NCBI GenBank assembly: GCA_025558095.1
Contig: JAIVFI010000032.1
Coordinates: 507,849 to 571,848, forward strand
Source of the DNA: Hyaloraphidium curvatum SAG 235-1
Taxonomy: Eukaryota; Fungi; Monoblepharomycota
DNA length: 64,000 nucleotides
Reading direction: 5' to 3'
A program made the translations under genes and the position numbers. Shown here piece after piece: positions 62,212-64,000 of this stretch. Each line of letters starts with the position of its first letter. The stretch's first letter is position 1. Under the pieces are notes generated by a model, which was given only the letters and a program-made list of their open reading frames with translations, was not told where the DNA came from and ran no database searches.

Positions 62212-62922
62212 GGTCAGGGTCCGTGGAGCCACGGCACGCCCTGGACGGCACGCCCTGGAGGACCCCAACAGGATCCGCCGCGGCGGTCGAACGAAAAAGA
62301 AGCACATAATTATGCAGTTCCGCTCAAGGAAGCTTCCCGTCCCTGGCGGAGTGCCGATAGTGGGTTCGCCACCGCTCTCTCTGAGGGTCCCGGCATCAGC
62401 GCAATACGGAGCGTCGGCTCGGCACCCTCAGAGCGCGAGACAAGGCTTCGATGGGGTGACCGCCCGCTCCTGCAATGCATCCCACTCCAAGGCTCCGCTC
62501 TCGCTCCGGGCAGCGATCGGCAGCCCTGGACGGTTCAGTCGTGGTCAACGAGCCCGTCCGGGTCGCCAGCCCAAAGCAAACAATACCATTGCCGTTGCTC
62601 GCCGTGTGCGCTGGTCCGTTGCGCACTACGGCGGTGCCGGACGTGGATAACTCCTGCGGCCGGTCGGCCCTGAGTCATCCCGGCTCCGCCTCGCAGCTCA
62701 AGCTTGCGACGGTCCGGGTCGGAACCGGGCCTGAAGCTCTAACCCGGCGCGCGAATCCCGCTCGGCTCTTCGGGTCGGATAGGCCCTGAATATGAATAAG
62801 CGAACAGCGCTGAAGATTCTTGACTGTAGCCGGGGGAAAGAGGTTACGGGATGTCTCCCGGGGTGCGTCTCCCAGGGCAATAATGAGGAGCTAGCAATCC
62901 CACCGTACACTTAGAAATCCCC

Positions 62923-63621
62923 CTACGCCCCAAGAATCAGCTCCTCATCTACATTCAAACCAAATGCGACCGGCGCGGGGGCCGGAGCGTTGACAGCGGC
63001 GGCTTCGGTGCACAGCTGAAGCCAGTGTTGGAGTTGGGCCGCGACGCCAAGAGCCCAGGCCACCGCGATCCGTTCGCGGAAGCGCCGCACAAAACGAGAG
63101 TAAAGGCCATCGAGGTCCACGGGCTGCCCATCGCGGCCGCCGATCCCGGGATACTGGATGCGCCCCATCTCCGAGGAGAAGCGCGAGAAAGTGGCAGAGA
63201 CAGCGCTGTACGAATCAAAAGCAAGCACGATCAGAGGGTAGAAGTTGGCGTTGAAGACGAAACGGGAGTAGTCCTTCCTGGCGGCCTCGACCCGCCGTTC
63301 GACTGCGTGGCCCGGGACCGAGAAGACCAGGCCCGTGTGCAAATGGGCCATAGAGGTGAGGGTCTTGATCTCGAGCAACCACCGTTTCCGGGTTTCGCGG
63401 TGCGTGATGAGAACGTCGCCAAGGCGGCCAGCATCCGCAGGCGTGGGCGGGGTGACAGTCTCGTAGCCATGCACAAGGAGGTTTGGCGGCATGGGGTGCA
63501 CGCGGAGGAGCGGGATGGAGCGAAGCGCCGCGCGGATGGCCGCGCAAATGTCGTCGTGACCAGGACTGAAGAGATCCCGGCCATAGCAGCCCGAGAACGC
63601 GTGCTCCCCCGTCAGCGACAT
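62923..63621 (-). mobile_element. Stand-alone RLE-type (PD-(D/E)xK) endonuclease ORF of non-LTR retroelement origin, adjacent to the telomere
   Basis: GEHAFSGC...GHDDI (partial knuckle plus RHD-like motif), RLGDVL...LLEIK, ARKDY, FYPL..AFDSY, FRERIAVA; no RT between it and the telomere. Confidence 0.7.
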
Positions 63622-63750
63622 GCCGGGGTGCGTCCCAAGGGCTCTCAGAACGAGGATCCGGCCGGGCGGGGTTCCGCACGGTGGTCGAACGACACGGAGA
63701 GCACGTAGAGTCAACTGGCGATCAAGATTGTACTGTTACATGTCCCGCTC

Positions 63751-63758
63751 TTTATATA
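63751..63758 (-). promoter_or_regulatory. Putative TATA box (TATATAAA) upstream of the RLE ORF
   Basis: Plus strand TTTATATA in a GC-rich context, about 130 nt upstream of ATG 63621. Confidence 0.5.
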
Positions 63759-63778
63759 TCCCAGGAGGGTGGCTGTGC

Positions 63779-63855
63779 CGAGTCACTTGCGAGTCGCTCG
63801 CAAGTCGCTCGCGAGTCGCTCGCGAGTCACTTGCGGTTAACTTGCGAGTCGCTCG
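63779..63855. repeat. Subtelomeric tandem array, 7 x 11 bp (consensus CGAGTCRCTYG)
   Basis: cgagtcacttg cgagtcgctcg caagtcgctcg cgagtcgctcg cgagtcacttg cggttaacttg cgagtcgctcg. Confidence 0.9.
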
Positions 63856-63856
63856 C

Positions 63857-64000
63857 TTAGGGTTAGGTTAGGTTAGGTTAGGTTAGGTTAGGTTAGGTTA
63901 GGTTAGGTTAGGTTAGGTTAGGTTAGGTTAGGTTAGGTTAGGTTAGGTTAGGTTAGGTTAGGTTAGGTTAGGTTAGGTTAGGTTAGGTTAGGTTAGGTTA
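63857..64000 (+). repeat. Telomere: one TTAGGG, then (TTAGG)n
   Basis: 27 perfect TTAGG units plus TTA run to the window end, with the G-rich strand oriented 5'->3' toward the end. Confidence 0.95.

Noticed and set aside
63779-63855. CRISPR-like array
   Set aside because: 11-bp tandem units with no spacers and no cas genes.

Overview
The last 64 kb of a chromosome arm from a very GC-rich, gene-dense eukaryote. Introns are short (about 50-100 nt, GT/GC-AG, CTRAY-like branch sites), and the window ends in a (TTAGG)n telomere. Intron style and gene content (class II fumarase, SERCA-type ATPase, CBM18 chitin-binding protein) suggest a fungus, possibly an early-diverging lineage such as Monoblepharidomycota (inference). 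About 30 genes are recognisable. They include housekeeping genes (CaMK-type kinase, fumarase, SERCA, sterol desaturase, USP) and many bacterial-like enzymes (BVMO, flavin amine oxidase, DUF1697, NeuD/PglD acetyltransferase, two CoA-transferase III copies, SnoaL-like protein, alpha/beta hydrolase, a phage/bacterial-type hypothetical protein). There are also secreted or surface proteins (GloVer-repeat, Ig-like, CBM18, SGNH, PAN-like), a glycan-modification block and two GRL/DUF3537-like membrane proteins. Most notable: (1) a telomere-abutting unit made of an 11-bp quasi-palindromic array, a TATA box and a stand-alone RLE/PD-(D/E)xK endonuclease ORF with no RT; (2) three inverted duplications bracketing 5-10 kb blocks; (3) a hidden 69-aa Cys-rich gene with a 4-nt microexon. 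All family calls come from motif recognition by eye; no database search was run.
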